A stretch of DNA of 64,000 nucleotides. It comes from Candidatus Omnitrophota bacterium (GTDB lineage: Bacteria > Omnitrophota > Gorgyraeia > Ghiorseimicrobiales > Ghiorseimicrobiaceae). Each line of letters opens with the position of its first letter. Positions within the stretch are counted from its first letter, which is position 1. Position numbers and translations under genes: made by a program. The notes beneath the pieces are model-generated. The model saw nothing but the letters and a program-made list of their open reading frames with translations, had not been told where the DNA came from and searched no databases. Positions 1 to 9,664 of the stretch are shown here, in pieces. The DNA is taken from the NCBI GenBank assembly GCA_030681595.1, contig JAUXSB010000061.1:69392-133391 (forward strand), written 5' to 3'.

Positions 1-1698
1 ATCTTTTTTATCGCCGTCCTTGCTTAAACTGGCCGCGTAAGAACAAACGCAAGCCATAACGAATAAATCTGTCCCGATATCTACGAAGCGGCCTAACAAG
101 TTTTGTTTAGGCTCTAACTTCTGTTGATAAATGCCCATATTAAAAAATAAATCGCGGGCCAGCTTTTTAGAAGCAGACTTCACAAATTTTATCTGCGGCC
201 TAAGCGGCTTAGGAAGATGAGCAATATTTTTTATTCCGAACGAAGGAAGCCATAATGACGGATACCACACAAAATAATGCAATCCGGCAGAAAATAAAGT
301 TTTTATCTTGATTAAAATCGGGCTCTTCGGGCTCAAAAGCGCCTGCATCCTTTTAAGGTGCTGGTCTAAGGCCTCGCGCGCGATAAAGAGGCGCATAATC
401 TGGCTGGTCCCTTCAATGATCAGGTTTACGCGGCTATCACGAAACATCCGCTCAACGGCAAAACCCTCCTCACCCCTTCCCTTAAGAGACGGGCCTGTCT
501 CAAACCCTCTTCCGCCGCGAATCTGGAATGTATCATCTATCACCTTCCAGCTTGTTTCGGTGCAGAAAAGCTTTGCCATTGCCGCTTCAAGGCGGATATC
601 CAATTTTTTGCTGTCCGCCATATGCGATGTCCACCATGTCACCGCGTCCATCGCTAAAGTATTGGCGGCAATCGCGCTCAACTTTGTGGCCACTGCCTGA
701 TGTTCACCGACAGGAGAGCCCCATTGTTTTCTCTTATTAGCCCACTTACGCGCTACGTTAAGGCACCACTTACTTATCCCTGTTACTGCCGCGGGCACGG
801 TAAGCCTTCCGGTATTTAAAGTAACAAACGCGAGTTTCAAGCCTTGACCTTGGCCCAAGAGAATATTTTCTTTAGGCACTTTTACGTTATTAAATTTTAA
901 AAGCCCCAGTTTTACCCCGTGTAAGCCCATAAAATCACAGCGGTAGGTAACTTCGAAGCCGGGCGTATTTGCCTCAACGATAAAAGCCGTAATCTGCTTT
1001 CTTTCTTTGCCTCTTTCTATTTTTGGCGGAGTTAGGCACATCACTACCAAGATATCGGCGATATTGCCGTTAGTGCACCAAAGTTTTTCGCCGTTAATCA
1101 GATAGTGATTCCCGTCTTCGGTGGGTATGGCGGTAGTTTTCATTGTGCGCGGGTCTGAGCCGGCATCAGGCTCGGTAAGAGCAAAACCGGAAATAGCACC
1201 CCTTCTAAAACGCGGCAGGTATTTTTTCTTCTGTTCCTCCGTGCCAAAAAGAACCAAGGGGTACGGCACGCCGATACTCTGATGCGCTGAAAGTAAAACC
1301 GCGGTTGAGCCGCAGTAGCTTGCCACCATATGTATTACGCGGTTATAATTAACTTGGCTTAACCCCAATCCTTCGTACGCGCTGGGGATTTTCATTGAGA
1401 ACGCGCCCAAATCCGCTAAGCCTTTAAGGACCTCTTGGGGGATTTCGCCGGTTTTATCCACTTCGTCCGGATTAAGGTGCGTTTTTAAAAAATCCTCTAT
1501 TTTTTTTGAAAATTCTGTGCCGATCTTTTTATCGGCTTCGGATTGCTCGGGGAAAGGAAAGGCCAAATCCCAATGCAGCTTGCCGTTAAAAATCTCGCGC
1601 ACAAAACTAGGGTAATCCCATTCATTCTGGCGCGAACTTTCCGCCAACTCCAGAGATTCCTTCTTCTCCTGAGATATGCCTTTCTGATACATTTCCAT
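1..1698 (-). CDS. long-chain acyl-CoA dehydrogenase (partial, C-terminus runs off the window)
   Basis: Minus-strand ORF that starts ATGGAAATG at 1698 with a GGGGGAG ribosome-binding site upstream. Its translation has ACAD hallmarks (FGTEEQKKKYLP, GSDP, LINGEKLWCTNG). At more than 565 aa it is a long ACAD/FadE type. The annotated plus-strand ORFs 308-740 are antisense artefacts. Confidence 0.8.
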   Translation of the reverse strand, partial: MEMYQKGISQEKKESLELAESSRQNEWDYPSFVREIFNGKLHWDLAFPFPEQSEADKKIGTEFSKKIEDFLKTHLNPDEVDKTGEIPQEVLKGLADLGAFSMKIPSAYEGLGLSQVNYNRVIHMVASYCGSTAVLLSAHQSIGVPYPLVLFGTEEQKKKYLPRFRRGAISGFALTEPDAGSDPRTMKTTAIPTEDGNHYLINGEKLWCTNGNIADILVVMCLTPPKIERGKERKQITAFIVEANTPGFEVTYRCDFMGLHGVKLGLLKFNNVKVPKENILLGQGQGLKLAFVTLNTGRLTVPAAVTGISKWCLNVARKWANKRKQWGSPVGEHQAVATKLSAIAANTLAMDAVTWWTSHMADSKKLDIRLEAAMAKLFCTETSWKVIDDTFQIRGGRGFETGPSLKGRGEEGFAVERMFRDSRVNLIIEGTSQIMRLFIAREALDQHLKRMQALLSPKSPILIKIKTLFSAGLHYFVWYPSLWLPSFGIKNIAHLPKPLRPQIKFVKSASKKLARDLFFNMGIYQQKLEPKQNLLGRFVDIGTDLFVMACVCSYAASLSKDGDKKD

Positions 1699-1730
1699 AA
1701 AGCTCCCCCTTTTTTTTAACCGCTTTAGGC

Positions 1731-2108
1731 CTAAGTTTTTGGCGGCGCGGCCTTATTAAGAACTTCATTGACGGCCTCGTTAAGCGCCTTAACAGTTACA
1801 GGCTTAGTCAAAAATTTATCCGCGCCTAAACTCAATGCTTCTTGCCTTACGTTGTCTTCCATACCGGTAAGCATAATCACTGCCGCAGAAGGAATTTTCT
1901 CTTTTATATATTTTAAAATTCCTATGCCGTTGAGCTTGCCTTTTAAATGCATATCCAGTAATACTAAATCCGGCTTCTCTGCGTAAATTACGGGAAGCGC
2001 CTCTTCGCCGCTGACCGCTGTAAGCACCTTATGCCCTTTTATTTCAAGGAATGGCTTTACCACATCCTGAAACGTCGTTTCATCATCCACAATAAAAATT
2101 TTAGCCAT
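1731..2108 (-). CDS. single-domain response regulator (REC only)
   Basis: 125 aa with a CheY-like receiver signature: IVDDE, the phosphoacceptor Asp in LVLLDMHL, and a conserved Lys in FLTKP. Confidence 0.85.
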   Translation of the reverse strand: MAKIFIVDDETTFQDVVKPFLEIKGHKVLTAVSGEEALPVIYAEKPDLVLLDMHLKGKLNGIGILKYIKEKIPSAAVIMLTGMEDNVRQEALSLGADKFLTKPVTVKALNEAVNEVLNKAAPPKT

Positions 2109-2176
2109 AAATCCCCCTTGGTCAATATTAAATACTAAATATTAAAAATAAAAAATGCAAACTAAAAATATAAAAA

Positions 2177-2554
2177 TCATTTTTGCTTCTTCATCGTTAA
2201 AATACTTGAGGCAAAGATATTTGCTAGCTCGCCAGTTTCTTGCATAAACCAGCGGCATTCGGAAGATAAATTAACCGGCACAAGCCCGCTATCAGATAGA
2301 ACGTTCAACCAAAACTTAGATTCATTAGCTGATTTCAACGAATAGCTAAAGTAATTCTGGTAATCTTTCTTAGAACTTGCTCCTTGGGCTTCAAAATAAT
2401 TAGCTCCAATACTCGTTCCACTACGGACAAGCTGTCCAGTTATCTCGCGCGTAACTACATCTTTAGGTAAAACAACCAGAAACTTTATTAAGCGAATTAT
2501 ATACCCGTAAATCCGTTTCTGAAATTCTTTCCTTGTCTCATCTTTGTTAAACAT
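2177..2554 (-). CDS. four-helix-bundle protein (23S rRNA intervening-sequence protein family)
   Basis: 125 aa. The motifs SIGANYFEAQG and KDYQNYFSYSLKSANESKFWL are typical of the TIGR02436/PF05635 four-helix-bundle family. Confidence 0.7.
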   Translation of the reverse strand: MFNKDETRKEFQKRIYGYIIRLIKFLVVLPKDVVTREITGQLVRSGTSIGANYFEAQGASSKKDYQNYFSYSLKSANESKFWLNVLSDSGLVPVNLSSECRWFMQETGELANIFASSILTMKKQK

Positions 2555-2561
2555 TTTACGT

Positions 2562-2610
2562 TTAGTTTTTTTATTTTTACCTTTTAATATTTAATTTTTG
2601 GTTTTTTTAC
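2562..2610. repeat. direct repeat copy 1 (about 49 bp, AT-rich)
   Basis: tttagttttttt atttttac cttttaatattt aatttttggtttttttac; about 47 of 50 positions identical to the copy at 2707-2755. Confidence 0.7.
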
Positions 2611-2706
2611 ATTTTGTCAATACAATTATCAATATGTAAAATAATTAACTACGCGATTATCGCTTCCTCGATTTAGCTATACTTTTTCTTTTATTTTTCA
2701 ATTATC

Positions 2707-2755
2707 TTAGTTTTTATTTTTACTTTTTAATATTTCATTTTTGGTTTTTTTCTAC
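2707..2755. repeat. direct repeat copy 2 (about 49 bp, AT-rich)
   Basis: Near-identical copy of the 2562-2610 repeat. It overlaps the stop codon and the last codons of the upstream histidine kinase. Confidence 0.7.
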
Positions 2756-4942
2756 CGCCACCGGCAGCTCCATCCTAAAACTTGTCCCTTCACCGTATTG
2801 GGAATGAATGGATATTTTACCCTTATGGAATTCAATGATGCGTTTGATCACGTGTAAGCCTAAACCTGTGCCTTTGCCGCTTGATGCCTTGGTGGTAAAA
2901 AAAGGCACAAAGAGCTTGGTAAGGTTTTCTTCTCGGACGCCCATGCCGTTGTCTGAGACTTCAAAGATTAAATGCTTTGCGTCCGGTTTAAGATGAGCGG
3001 CAATAGTTATGCGCGGTTTATATCCGGCGCCGTTTAAATCCATACGCTCCATTAAGGCGTCATAGCCGTTATCAATAAGGTTTAGGCAGACCTCACCTAA
3101 CTGCGCTACATCCCCCCAGATTTTAGGCAGAGTATCGGGGATATCCATCTTTAACTCAAACTCGTCAAACTTCAGCTTATATTGCAGGACTCCGAGAGCG
3201 ACATCCAAGGGCTCTCTTATGCTGATAGGTTTAAACTCTTCTGCAGAGAAACGGCTTAGCCTTCTTATTGAGGCAACGGTTTGTCCGCCGCGGGTTGCTT
3301 CTTCGGAGATCTTGCGCAGAGCGGCGATAGACTGAGTAAGCAGGTTTTTTAATTCATCTGCCGATGAATTCTCTTTTGCCTCCAACATCGCCTCGATAAG
3401 GTCTGCGGTTCCGGCTAAGTTATTTACCGCTTGAAATCTATTGTTTATCTGATGCCCCATCATTGAGGCCATAGTGCCTAGAGAGGCAAGATTTACCGAA
3501 TGAAACATTATCGCCTGACGCTCTTTTTCGCTTTCGCTAAATATCGCGTTCTCAATGGCGAGGGTTGCGTGATTGGAAAGAACAGTCAATACCTCGATAT
3601 CTTCCTGCGTATATCCCCGTTCAGAACGTTTTTCGCCCAAGACAAGAAAACCGATCAACTTATCCGCGCGGATTGCCGGAATAATCAACTGCGCCTTTAG
3701 CGATTCAAATGTTTTTTTAAGCTCAAATACTTCTAATAAATCATTGCGCTGGGAATGGAATTTCAGCTCGTCAAGATTTAAGGCAATGCCAGCCTGTTGG
3801 CTAAGCCTTTTAATCAGGGCAGAGTCAGAAGGGAATTCTTTTGTTAAATCCGGGTTTTTAAACGGCGGCTGCCAGAATGATTTTAAGATAAATGCTTTTT
3901 TTTCTTCGTCAAGAAGGTAAATCGCGGCTAATTTTATCTGCATGATGCGGATTAGGTTGTGGGTAATGGCACGCAAAAGCGCATACAGACGGTTAAAGCG
4001 CAGGATAGTCTGGGAGACACGGCGTAATGCTTCATGACGGGCGCGTTCTTCTCTTAAAAGTGCCGCCTCAGCGCGGCTCTTTAAGCCCATAAAGATAAAT
4101 GGGCCAATCCCGGAAAGAAGCATCCCGATAACTAAGATAACCAACCACCATCTCTCACCGAGCCCACCTACCAGATAAGACTTGGCTAGCTTTACAATCA
4201 AAAAAGGAATCCCTAAGACAAAAGCATAGACAAAGGTGAAGATGGCGGTGCGGGCCGCGGCAATTTTTATATCCATAAGGCGATGGCGAACAATAAGATA
4301 GGCAGTGATAAGACTAAAGAGAGAAACAAGAAGATTGTCTATCGGAGGAGATGCTACGCTAAGAACTAACGATAAATACATGCTCGCCGCTACAAATATT
4401 ACCAGCAAGGATATCATCATGTATTTCAATCGTTCTCTTTGATATGGAGATTTTTCTGTTATAAATGTTTTGGTTAAAATATAGAATGGATAAAGGCCAC
4501 AAAATGCAAAATACGATAGGTAGGGATACCAGAGAGGGCCCGGCACAGCAATATAGCGAAAAGGAAATTTATGTTGTACATCTAAAATAAAAAAATTTCG
4601 TAAACTTGGAAGGAGATTTAAAATTAAAAATATAATTGATAAAGCATAAAGCGTTGTAAGTATTTTTTTTCGTTTTTGTTCGGCGACGAGTAAGCTGACA
4701 TGTAAAAAAAGCGTCGGCGCAAATGCGGCACCAGTATAAAGAAACCTATCCCAAAACAAAGCAGACTCTCTGGTTGCAACCGAACTTTCTCTAAAGCAAC
4801 CAAATACCCAAAGGAATATACTAATGCTTAATAAACAAAAGACTCTATTTAAGGTTCTTTGCCTGTTTTGAAAATATACAAATATCCCTAATAATAAAGT
4901 TGAGGTAGAACCAAATAAAGATGTAACTGCGTATATGTTCAT
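2735..4942 (-). CDS. sensor histidine kinase: N-terminal 7TM membrane domain, GAF domain, HisKA, HATPase_c
   Basis: 735 aa. About 290 aa of multi-span hydrophobic N-terminus, then a GAF-like region, an H-box (MMGHQINNRF) and an ATPase domain with G-boxes (DNGMGV, GTGLGL). Confidence 0.85.
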   Translation of the reverse strand: MNIYAVTSLFGSTSTLLLGIFVYFQNRQRTLNRVFCLLSISIFLWVFGCFRESSVATRESALFWDRFLYTGAAFAPTLFLHVSLLVAEQKRKKILTTLYALSIIFLILNLLPSLRNFFILDVQHKFPFRYIAVPGPLWYPYLSYFAFCGLYPFYILTKTFITEKSPYQRERLKYMMISLLVIFVAASMYLSLVLSVASPPIDNLLVSLFSLITAYLIVRHRLMDIKIAAARTAIFTFVYAFVLGIPFLIVKLAKSYLVGGLGERWWLVILVIGMLLSGIGPFIFMGLKSRAEAALLREERARHEALRRVSQTILRFNRLYALLRAITHNLIRIMQIKLAAIYLLDEEKKAFILKSFWQPPFKNPDLTKEFPSDSALIKRLSQQAGIALNLDELKFHSQRNDLLEVFELKKTFESLKAQLIIPAIRADKLIGFLVLGEKRSERGYTQEDIEVLTVLSNHATLAIENAIFSESEKERQAIMFHSVNLASLGTMASMMGHQINNRFQAVNNLAGTADLIEAMLEAKENSSADELKNLLTQSIAALRKISEEATRGGQTVASIRRLSRFSAEEFKPISIREPLDVALGVLQYKLKFDEFELKMDIPDTLPKIWGDVAQLGEVCLNLIDNGYDALMERMDLNGAGYKPRITIAAHLKPDAKHLIFEVSDNGMGVREENLTKLFVPFFTTKASSGKGTGLGLHVIKRIIEFHKGKISIHSQYGEGTSFRMELPVAVEKNQK

Positions 4943-4946
4943 TTAA

Positions 4947-6035
4947 CTATAGCCCATTGGTTAAATAATTTTTTGCCTCATCAACTAATTCGTTTATCAG
5001 CTCTTTTACCGAAACTATTTTTTTGATCCGATACGCGTTTGCCCCGCACATCGCATAACCTTCCTCAAGGTTACCGCGGTAGGCATTTACCAAAGCCTTA
5101 GCAATACAGTAATTTACTATCAAAGGGTTACAAGACTTTAAACACCTATAGGGACAGGTAAACTTCATTTTCTCGCCTGCCTCTATCCTTTCCACAAATT
5201 TATTCCTGATTACCCTCGCCGGCATGCCAACCGGGCTCATAATTACAGCGATATCGTCTTGGGTACATTTTAAGTAAGCGTCTTTATACGCTTGCGAAAC
5301 GCTGCATTCATGGGTACATACAAACCTTGTCGCCATCTGGACCCCGCTTGCTCCAAGTTTTAAAATTCTGGCTATATCTTTTCCCGAGAATATTCCGCCG
5401 CCTGCTATTATAGGAATTTTCTTATTCGCGCTTGATTCGAATTCTTTAACAGCTAAAACTACATCAACCAATAAATTATCTATGGATGGAAATTCGGAAC
5501 TTAAAATCTCTCCAAACTTAAAACCGATATGCCCGCCTGCAAGAGGGCCCTCTAAAACTAAGGCATCGGGCAGGCGGTTGTATCTTCGCAGCCAAGTTTT
5601 ACAAATTAGCTCTGCCGCCCTGCCGGAAGAGACGATAGGAATAAGTTTTGTTTTAGGGCTACCGCTTAAGGACGGCAAATGTAACGGCAAGCCTGCGCCG
5701 GAAATTATTGCCGCTACCTCTTCCTCAGCGCAAGTCTTGGCTAATTCGTCATAATTACTCAAAACGCACATTATATTTACGCCAAAAGGCCTGCTTGTAA
5801 GCTGCTTGGTTTCTCGAATCATGTCCTTTAAAGCCAAACGCGACCTTTCCTCGTATTTTAAATCCTGCCACCCTTCTTCGCCTAAGCCGACACTAGCAAT
5901 AACACCAAAAGCCCCTTCGTTAGATACTGCGGCGGCAAGCGTTGCCGTCGAAACCCTGACTCCCATCCCGCCCTGAATTATAGGGGGATTTATGACGAGG
6001 TCTCCGATAATTAAATCCGGTAATTTTTTATCCAT
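4947..6035 (-). CDS. NMO/FabK-like FMN-dependent oxidoreductase (nitronate monooxygenase / enoyl-ACP reductase II family)
   Basis: IIQGGMGVRVSTATLAAAVSNEGAFGVIA is typical of the 2-nitropropane dioxygenase/FabK TIM-barrel family. The start is placed at MDKK (6035), which abuts the ALDH stop; the ORF could extend to 6089. Confidence 0.7.
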   Translation of the reverse strand: MDKKLPDLIIGDLVINPPIIQGGMGVRVSTATLAAAVSNEGAFGVIASVGLGEEGWQDLKYEERSRLALKDMIRETKQLTSRPFGVNIMCVLSNYDELAKTCAEEEVAAIISGAGLPLHLPSLSGSPKTKLIPIVSSGRAAELICKTWLRRYNRLPDALVLEGPLAGGHIGFKFGEILSSEFPSIDNLLVDVVLAVKEFESSANKKIPIIAGGGIFSGKDIARILKLGASGVQMATRFVCTHECSVSQAYKDAYLKCTQDDIAVIMSPVGMPARVIRNKFVERIEAGEKMKFTCPYRCLKSCNPLIVNYCIAKALVNAYRGNLEEGYAMCGANAYRIKKIVSVKELINELVDEAKNYLTNGL

Positions 6036-6037
6036 CT

Positions 6038-7627
6038 CTATCCTTGTAATGCTCTGCTTATGCCCTGTAAATGAGAAGTCTTTTGCCAAAAATAATTCAT
6101 TTCACCATACGGCCCACCGCTTCTTCTTGTGCCGCCATGCGTTGAAATATAATAGGAGAAACCGGCATGCCTTAAATTAATCCTTAATATGCCGCAATTG
6201 TCTAATTCTTTAGCAAATTTACGCATAAACTTTCCTGATTTAATCCATAGAGAAGTTCTTAGGCCGTAATTATGCACATTCACCGCTTCTACCATTTTGT
6301 CAAAAATTTCTTCATCACTGCCGGTAACCTGCACCAGAGGAAGCAGAGGGAAAAAAATTTCTTCATTTATGCAGAGCATCGATTTTGCTTTGTCAATATC
6401 GTCTATTTCTATCAATGTCGGTTCTATATATGAACCTTTTTCATCGGGCTTGCCGGAATAATCTATTCTTTTTCCCCCGCAAATTAAATTAGCTCCTTTA
6501 GATAAAGCATCTTTCAAAAACATAAAAAACTCTTCAATTTTTGAAACCGGGCTTAATAACGTATCAACATCGGAAGGCAAGCCCACTTTCAGGTTTTTTA
6601 CCTTTTTGGTAAATTTATTTTTAAACTCATCAAATACATCTTTATGAATTAAGGCGATCTTAGGCATCATACAGACTTGTGTCGAGCCTAAAAAACCATC
6701 AATTAATGATTCCGCTGCTTTTTCTAAATCGGCGTCTTTCCAGACTAATTGAAAATCGTTGCCAGAAAGTTCCAATATCGGTTTTTTATTTGCGATATAT
6801 ATACGAGCGCCCTCTTCTATCCCTTTTTTACTGTCTCCAAACAATATAATGTCATTGATATAACGGCTATCTAACCATTCGTCCATTAATCGTTTTGAGT
6901 TCCCGATGACGATATTTAATAAACCCGGGGGTGTTTGATATTTTTCCAAGACTTTATTTATTACTTCCTTCCAGAGAAAAATAGTCGAAATTGGTGTTTT
7001 TAACGGCGGCTTTACAATTAAAGCATTGCCTGTCAGGTAAACCAAAATTGCGTTAAACGAATTGCTTGCCGCAGCACTCCGCGGAGGGCTGATGCAAACA
7101 ACGCCGTCAGGCCTCCTTGCGTTATACAAAATTTCATTGGAATACTTGCCAATCTCCTTTTGCACCATCGAATAGTAATAATTTGTTGTTTCGGGGCTAG
7201 AGCCAACACGCATCCCTTCGAATTCCCATTCGCCGAGCTTTTTAGGATGCCCCTCTATCATTAAAAGCTTTAAAAACTCTTCTTTATACCCAAGAAGAGA
7301 TTTATGAATATCGAGCAAAATATTTTTACGAACGGAGAGCGGAAATTTACGGAATTCTTTAAAAGCGCGATAAGCAGACTCCATTGCTTTTAAATTTGTA
7401 TCATCTTTACCTATACAATATTTAGCATATATATACTCATCGGCTTCTTTTGCCTCTTCCGGAATTCTGCCCGTTTTAATCCCTGTTAAGATCCTGAATG
7501 TTGTTTTAAAATCGGTTATTTGTTTGTCGATATACGGAAAATATTCGTATATTTTCGTATCGAAATCTTCGCCGTTAATCAAAAGAGTAAACTTTTTCAT
7601 CGTCTTTATCCCGATTAAACTATCCAA
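6038..7627 (-). CDS. aldehyde dehydrogenase family protein
   Basis: 529 aa with the ALDH catalytic region (ELSGNDFQLV, GSTQVCMMPK with the catalytic Cys). Confidence 0.8.
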   Translation of the reverse strand: MDSLIGIKTMKKFTLLINGEDFDTKIYEYFPYIDKQITDFKTTFRILTGIKTGRIPEEAKEADEYIYAKYCIGKDDTNLKAMESAYRAFKEFRKFPLSVRKNILLDIHKSLLGYKEEFLKLLMIEGHPKKLGEWEFEGMRVGSSPETTNYYYSMVQKEIGKYSNEILYNARRPDGVVCISPPRSAAASNSFNAILVYLTGNALIVKPPLKTPISTIFLWKEVINKVLEKYQTPPGLLNIVIGNSKRLMDEWLDSRYINDIILFGDSKKGIEEGARIYIANKKPILELSGNDFQLVWKDADLEKAAESLIDGFLGSTQVCMMPKIALIHKDVFDEFKNKFTKKVKNLKVGLPSDVDTLLSPVSKIEEFFMFLKDALSKGANLICGGKRIDYSGKPDEKGSYIEPTLIEIDDIDKAKSMLCINEEIFFPLLPLVQVTGSDEEIFDKMVEAVNVHNYGLRTSLWIKSGKFMRKFAKELDNCGILRINLRHAGFSYYISTHGGTRRSGGPYGEMNYFWQKTSHLQGISRALQG

Positions 7628-7994
7628 TCACTTTCTTAATAACTTGCAGAAATTCTACATTGTCAAAAGGCTTAGATAAATAATCCGCCACTTCTAATTC
7701 CATCCCTTTTTCGTATTTATCTGTGTCGGCATATCCGGTAATTAACACTTCGGGAATACTTTTTTTATTCATCTTTTCAAGGCATGCGCGGATTTCTTTT
7801 ATAGTCTCGATACCGTCTAACTCCGGCATTCGAACATCCGAAATAATTAAATCAAAATCGAAATCTTTAATTTTCCCTATGGCTTCCTTGCCGCTGCGAG
7901 CCACCACCACATTATATCCTTCTTTGCTTAATAATTTTAGCAGGCTTTTGGTAACCAATTCTTCGTCATCAATTACTAAAATATTTTTTGCCAT
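7620..7994 (-). CDS. single-domain response regulator (REC only)
   Basis: 124 aa. ILVIDDE, DLIISDVRMPELDG and YLSKPF are receiver-domain motifs. Confidence 0.85.
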   Translation of the reverse strand: MAKNILVIDDEELVTKSLLKLLSKEGYNVVVARSGKEAIGKIKDFDFDLIISDVRMPELDGIETIKEIRACLEKMNKKSIPEVLITGYADTDKYEKGMELEVADYLSKPFDNVEFLQVIKKVIG

Positions 7995-8009
7995 CGCTTA
8001 AATCCTTTT

Positions 8010-8606
8010 TTATAGTGAGTTATTTATTGCTTTTTTAACTGCTTGCAGCAGCGCTTTTATATCAAACGGTTTTTCTAGATATTCGACAGCGTTTAATTTC
8101 AGCGCCTCTTGGTATATATCTTCATTGACATAGGCGGAAATAAAAATTTCAGGAATTGCCTTTTTATTATTTTTCGCCAAATATTCCCGGATTGCCGCGA
8201 CGGTCTCTACGCCGTTCATGCCCGGCATCTTAAGGTCGGAAATAATCAAATCGTAATTATTATCGCAAATTAAATTAAGCGCAGCCTGCCCGCCAAGTGC
8301 TATAGAAATTTTGTATCCTTCCTTACTAAGCAGCCGTTTTAAAGTCATTAATACCAGCTTGTCATCATCGACTATCAAGATGCGCCGTGTAACTATATTC
8401 GGTTCTTGTCCCTGGTTTTTTGACTGCTCCGGATATCGTTCATTTCTTAAATTGGGGCGTTCTCCATTGCTTGAATCCATGCGGCCAAAACTTTCCTCAT
8501 CGCCTGCCTCAGAGAAAAATGCGCTCGTCGATACCCAAAAAGAAAATGCCTCATTAAATATTTTTAGAGGGTCCATCTTGTGATATATAGTTGCGCTGTT
8601 TCCCAT
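8010..8606 (-). CDS. response regulator with a roughly 70-aa low-complexity N-terminal extension plus REC domain
   Basis: 198 aa. The C-terminal 125 aa form a receiver domain (ILIVDDD, DLIISDLKMPGMNG, YLEKPF). The N-terminus is acidic and low in complexity. Confidence 0.8.
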   Translation of the reverse strand: MGNSATIYHKMDPLKIFNEAFSFWVSTSAFFSEAGDEESFGRMDSSNGERPNLRNERYPEQSKNQGQEPNIVTRRILIVDDDKLVLMTLKRLLSKEGYKISIALGGQAALNLICDNNYDLIISDLKMPGMNGVETVAAIREYLAKNNKKAIPEIFISAYVNEDIYQEALKLNAVEYLEKPFDIKALLQAVKKAINNSL

Positions 8607-8615
8607 GCTAATTCC

Positions 8616-9038
8616 TTAAATGGCAAATTTAATAATATCCCCGACAAACTCACTAGCGAATTTAACCGAATCCTTTGCTTCGTATTCAGTTATATTCCTT
8701 AAGATTCCATATACTGCCTTATGGCGCTTTGAACGCATCTGGTTGAACCTATTAAGGCCGTCTGCGTACTCCTTGCCTAAGAATTTTCTTAGAAATAAAA
8801 TCACCGAAACATGTTTTGCTTCGCCTATTGGCCGAAACCCTTTTGCATGCATAAGCGCGATACCTGCCTGCAATATAGCATTATAGGCAATATTAAATGC
8901 CCAACAGACATCACTATTCAAAAGCGACTGCGCGGTTTTAATATCCGATTTAGCCGCCTCTATGGTAACCTTAATTTCTTCCGGCGTTGCTTTATATTCA
9001 TCTATCAGTTTTTGTCTTTTTAGTTCGTCAAATTTCAT
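8616..9038 (-). CDS. HEPN domain protein (toxin of a HEPN/MNT type-VII-like toxin-antitoxin pair)
   Basis: 140 aa, all-alpha, with an Rx4-6H-like motif (RSKRHKAVY). It overlaps the upstream nucleotidyltransferase gene by 11 nt, the typical HepT/MntA arrangement. Confidence 0.75.
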   Translation of the reverse strand: MKFDELKRQKLIDEYKATPEEIKVTIEAAKSDIKTAQSLLNSDVCWAFNIAYNAILQAGIALMHAKGFRPIGEAKHVSVILFLRKFLGKEYADGLNRFNQMRSKRHKAVYGILRNITEYEAKDSVKFASEFVGDIIKFAI

Positions 9039-9597
9039 CTAAGTTTCCTATCAGGGCTATTTTTTTATTTTTTAGGATATCCATCGCGAAGCCCTTTTTC
9101 CCTTGGACTGCCCGCTTCCATTCTTCAGGACTAAAAGTAACCGTGGATATCTCCCTCTTAAATTTTTGTTCCAAATGAGCGGCTACCCTGCTTAAATCAC
9201 CCAAGTCCACTTTACCGATAACACATATATCAATATCAGAACTGCTTTTTTCCGCATCTTTTGCCACTGAGCCGTAAATAAAGGCGCATTGTATGTTTTG
9301 TAGATTTTTAAAACCTTTGCTTAAGGCCTGGCCTATTGCTTCAGTCTTTAGGATTATGCTTTTTATCTCGCTATAAATCGGGCTTTGCTCATTTAAAGAA
9401 TAGAATTTTATATTTGCCTCTTTTTGAGAAACGAGTATGCCGGCCTTCTCTAATTTCCTAAGGGCGAGTTGAACTGGCCGAAGGGAACTTCCGGTAAGAG
9501 AACAGAGCTGACGCAGGTAAAATCTTCTCTTGGCGTTGGTAACAAATACCGAAAGGATATTCCTTATAGTTTTTGAAAAAAGTATGGATTCTCTCAT
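9028..9597 (-). CDS. minimal nucleotidyltransferase (MNT) with N-terminal winged-HTH (antitoxin partner of the HEPN protein)
   Basis: 189 aa. GSVAKDAEKSSSDIDICVIG is the GS-x9-DxD nucleotidyltransferase signature. The N-terminus looks like an ArsR/winged-helix DNA-binding domain. Confidence 0.8.
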   Translation of the reverse strand: MRESILFSKTIRNILSVFVTNAKRRFYLRQLCSLTGSSLRPVQLALRKLEKAGILVSQKEANIKFYSLNEQSPIYSEIKSIILKTEAIGQALSKGFKNLQNIQCAFIYGSVAKDAEKSSSDIDICVIGKVDLGDLSRVAAHLEQKFKREISTVTFSPEEWKRAVQGKKGFAMDILKNKKIALIGNLDEI

Positions 9598-9664
9598 CTT
9601 CGTATTATATTATGATACAAATGTATCACATAATAATACAACTGTCAATTAAATTTGCTCTTTT

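Noticed and set aside
308-740. Plus-strand ORFs 308-700 and 528-740
   Set aside because: They lie entirely antisense to a well-supported acyl-CoA dehydrogenase reading frame on the minus strand. They are low-complexity and have no family features.
4947-6089. Start of the NMO-like gene at 6089
   Set aside because: That start would overlap the last 52 nt of the aldehyde dehydrogenase gene. An in-frame Met at 6035 (MDKKLPDL…) abuts the ALDH stop and precedes the conserved domain, so I prefer it. The longer form cannot be excluded.
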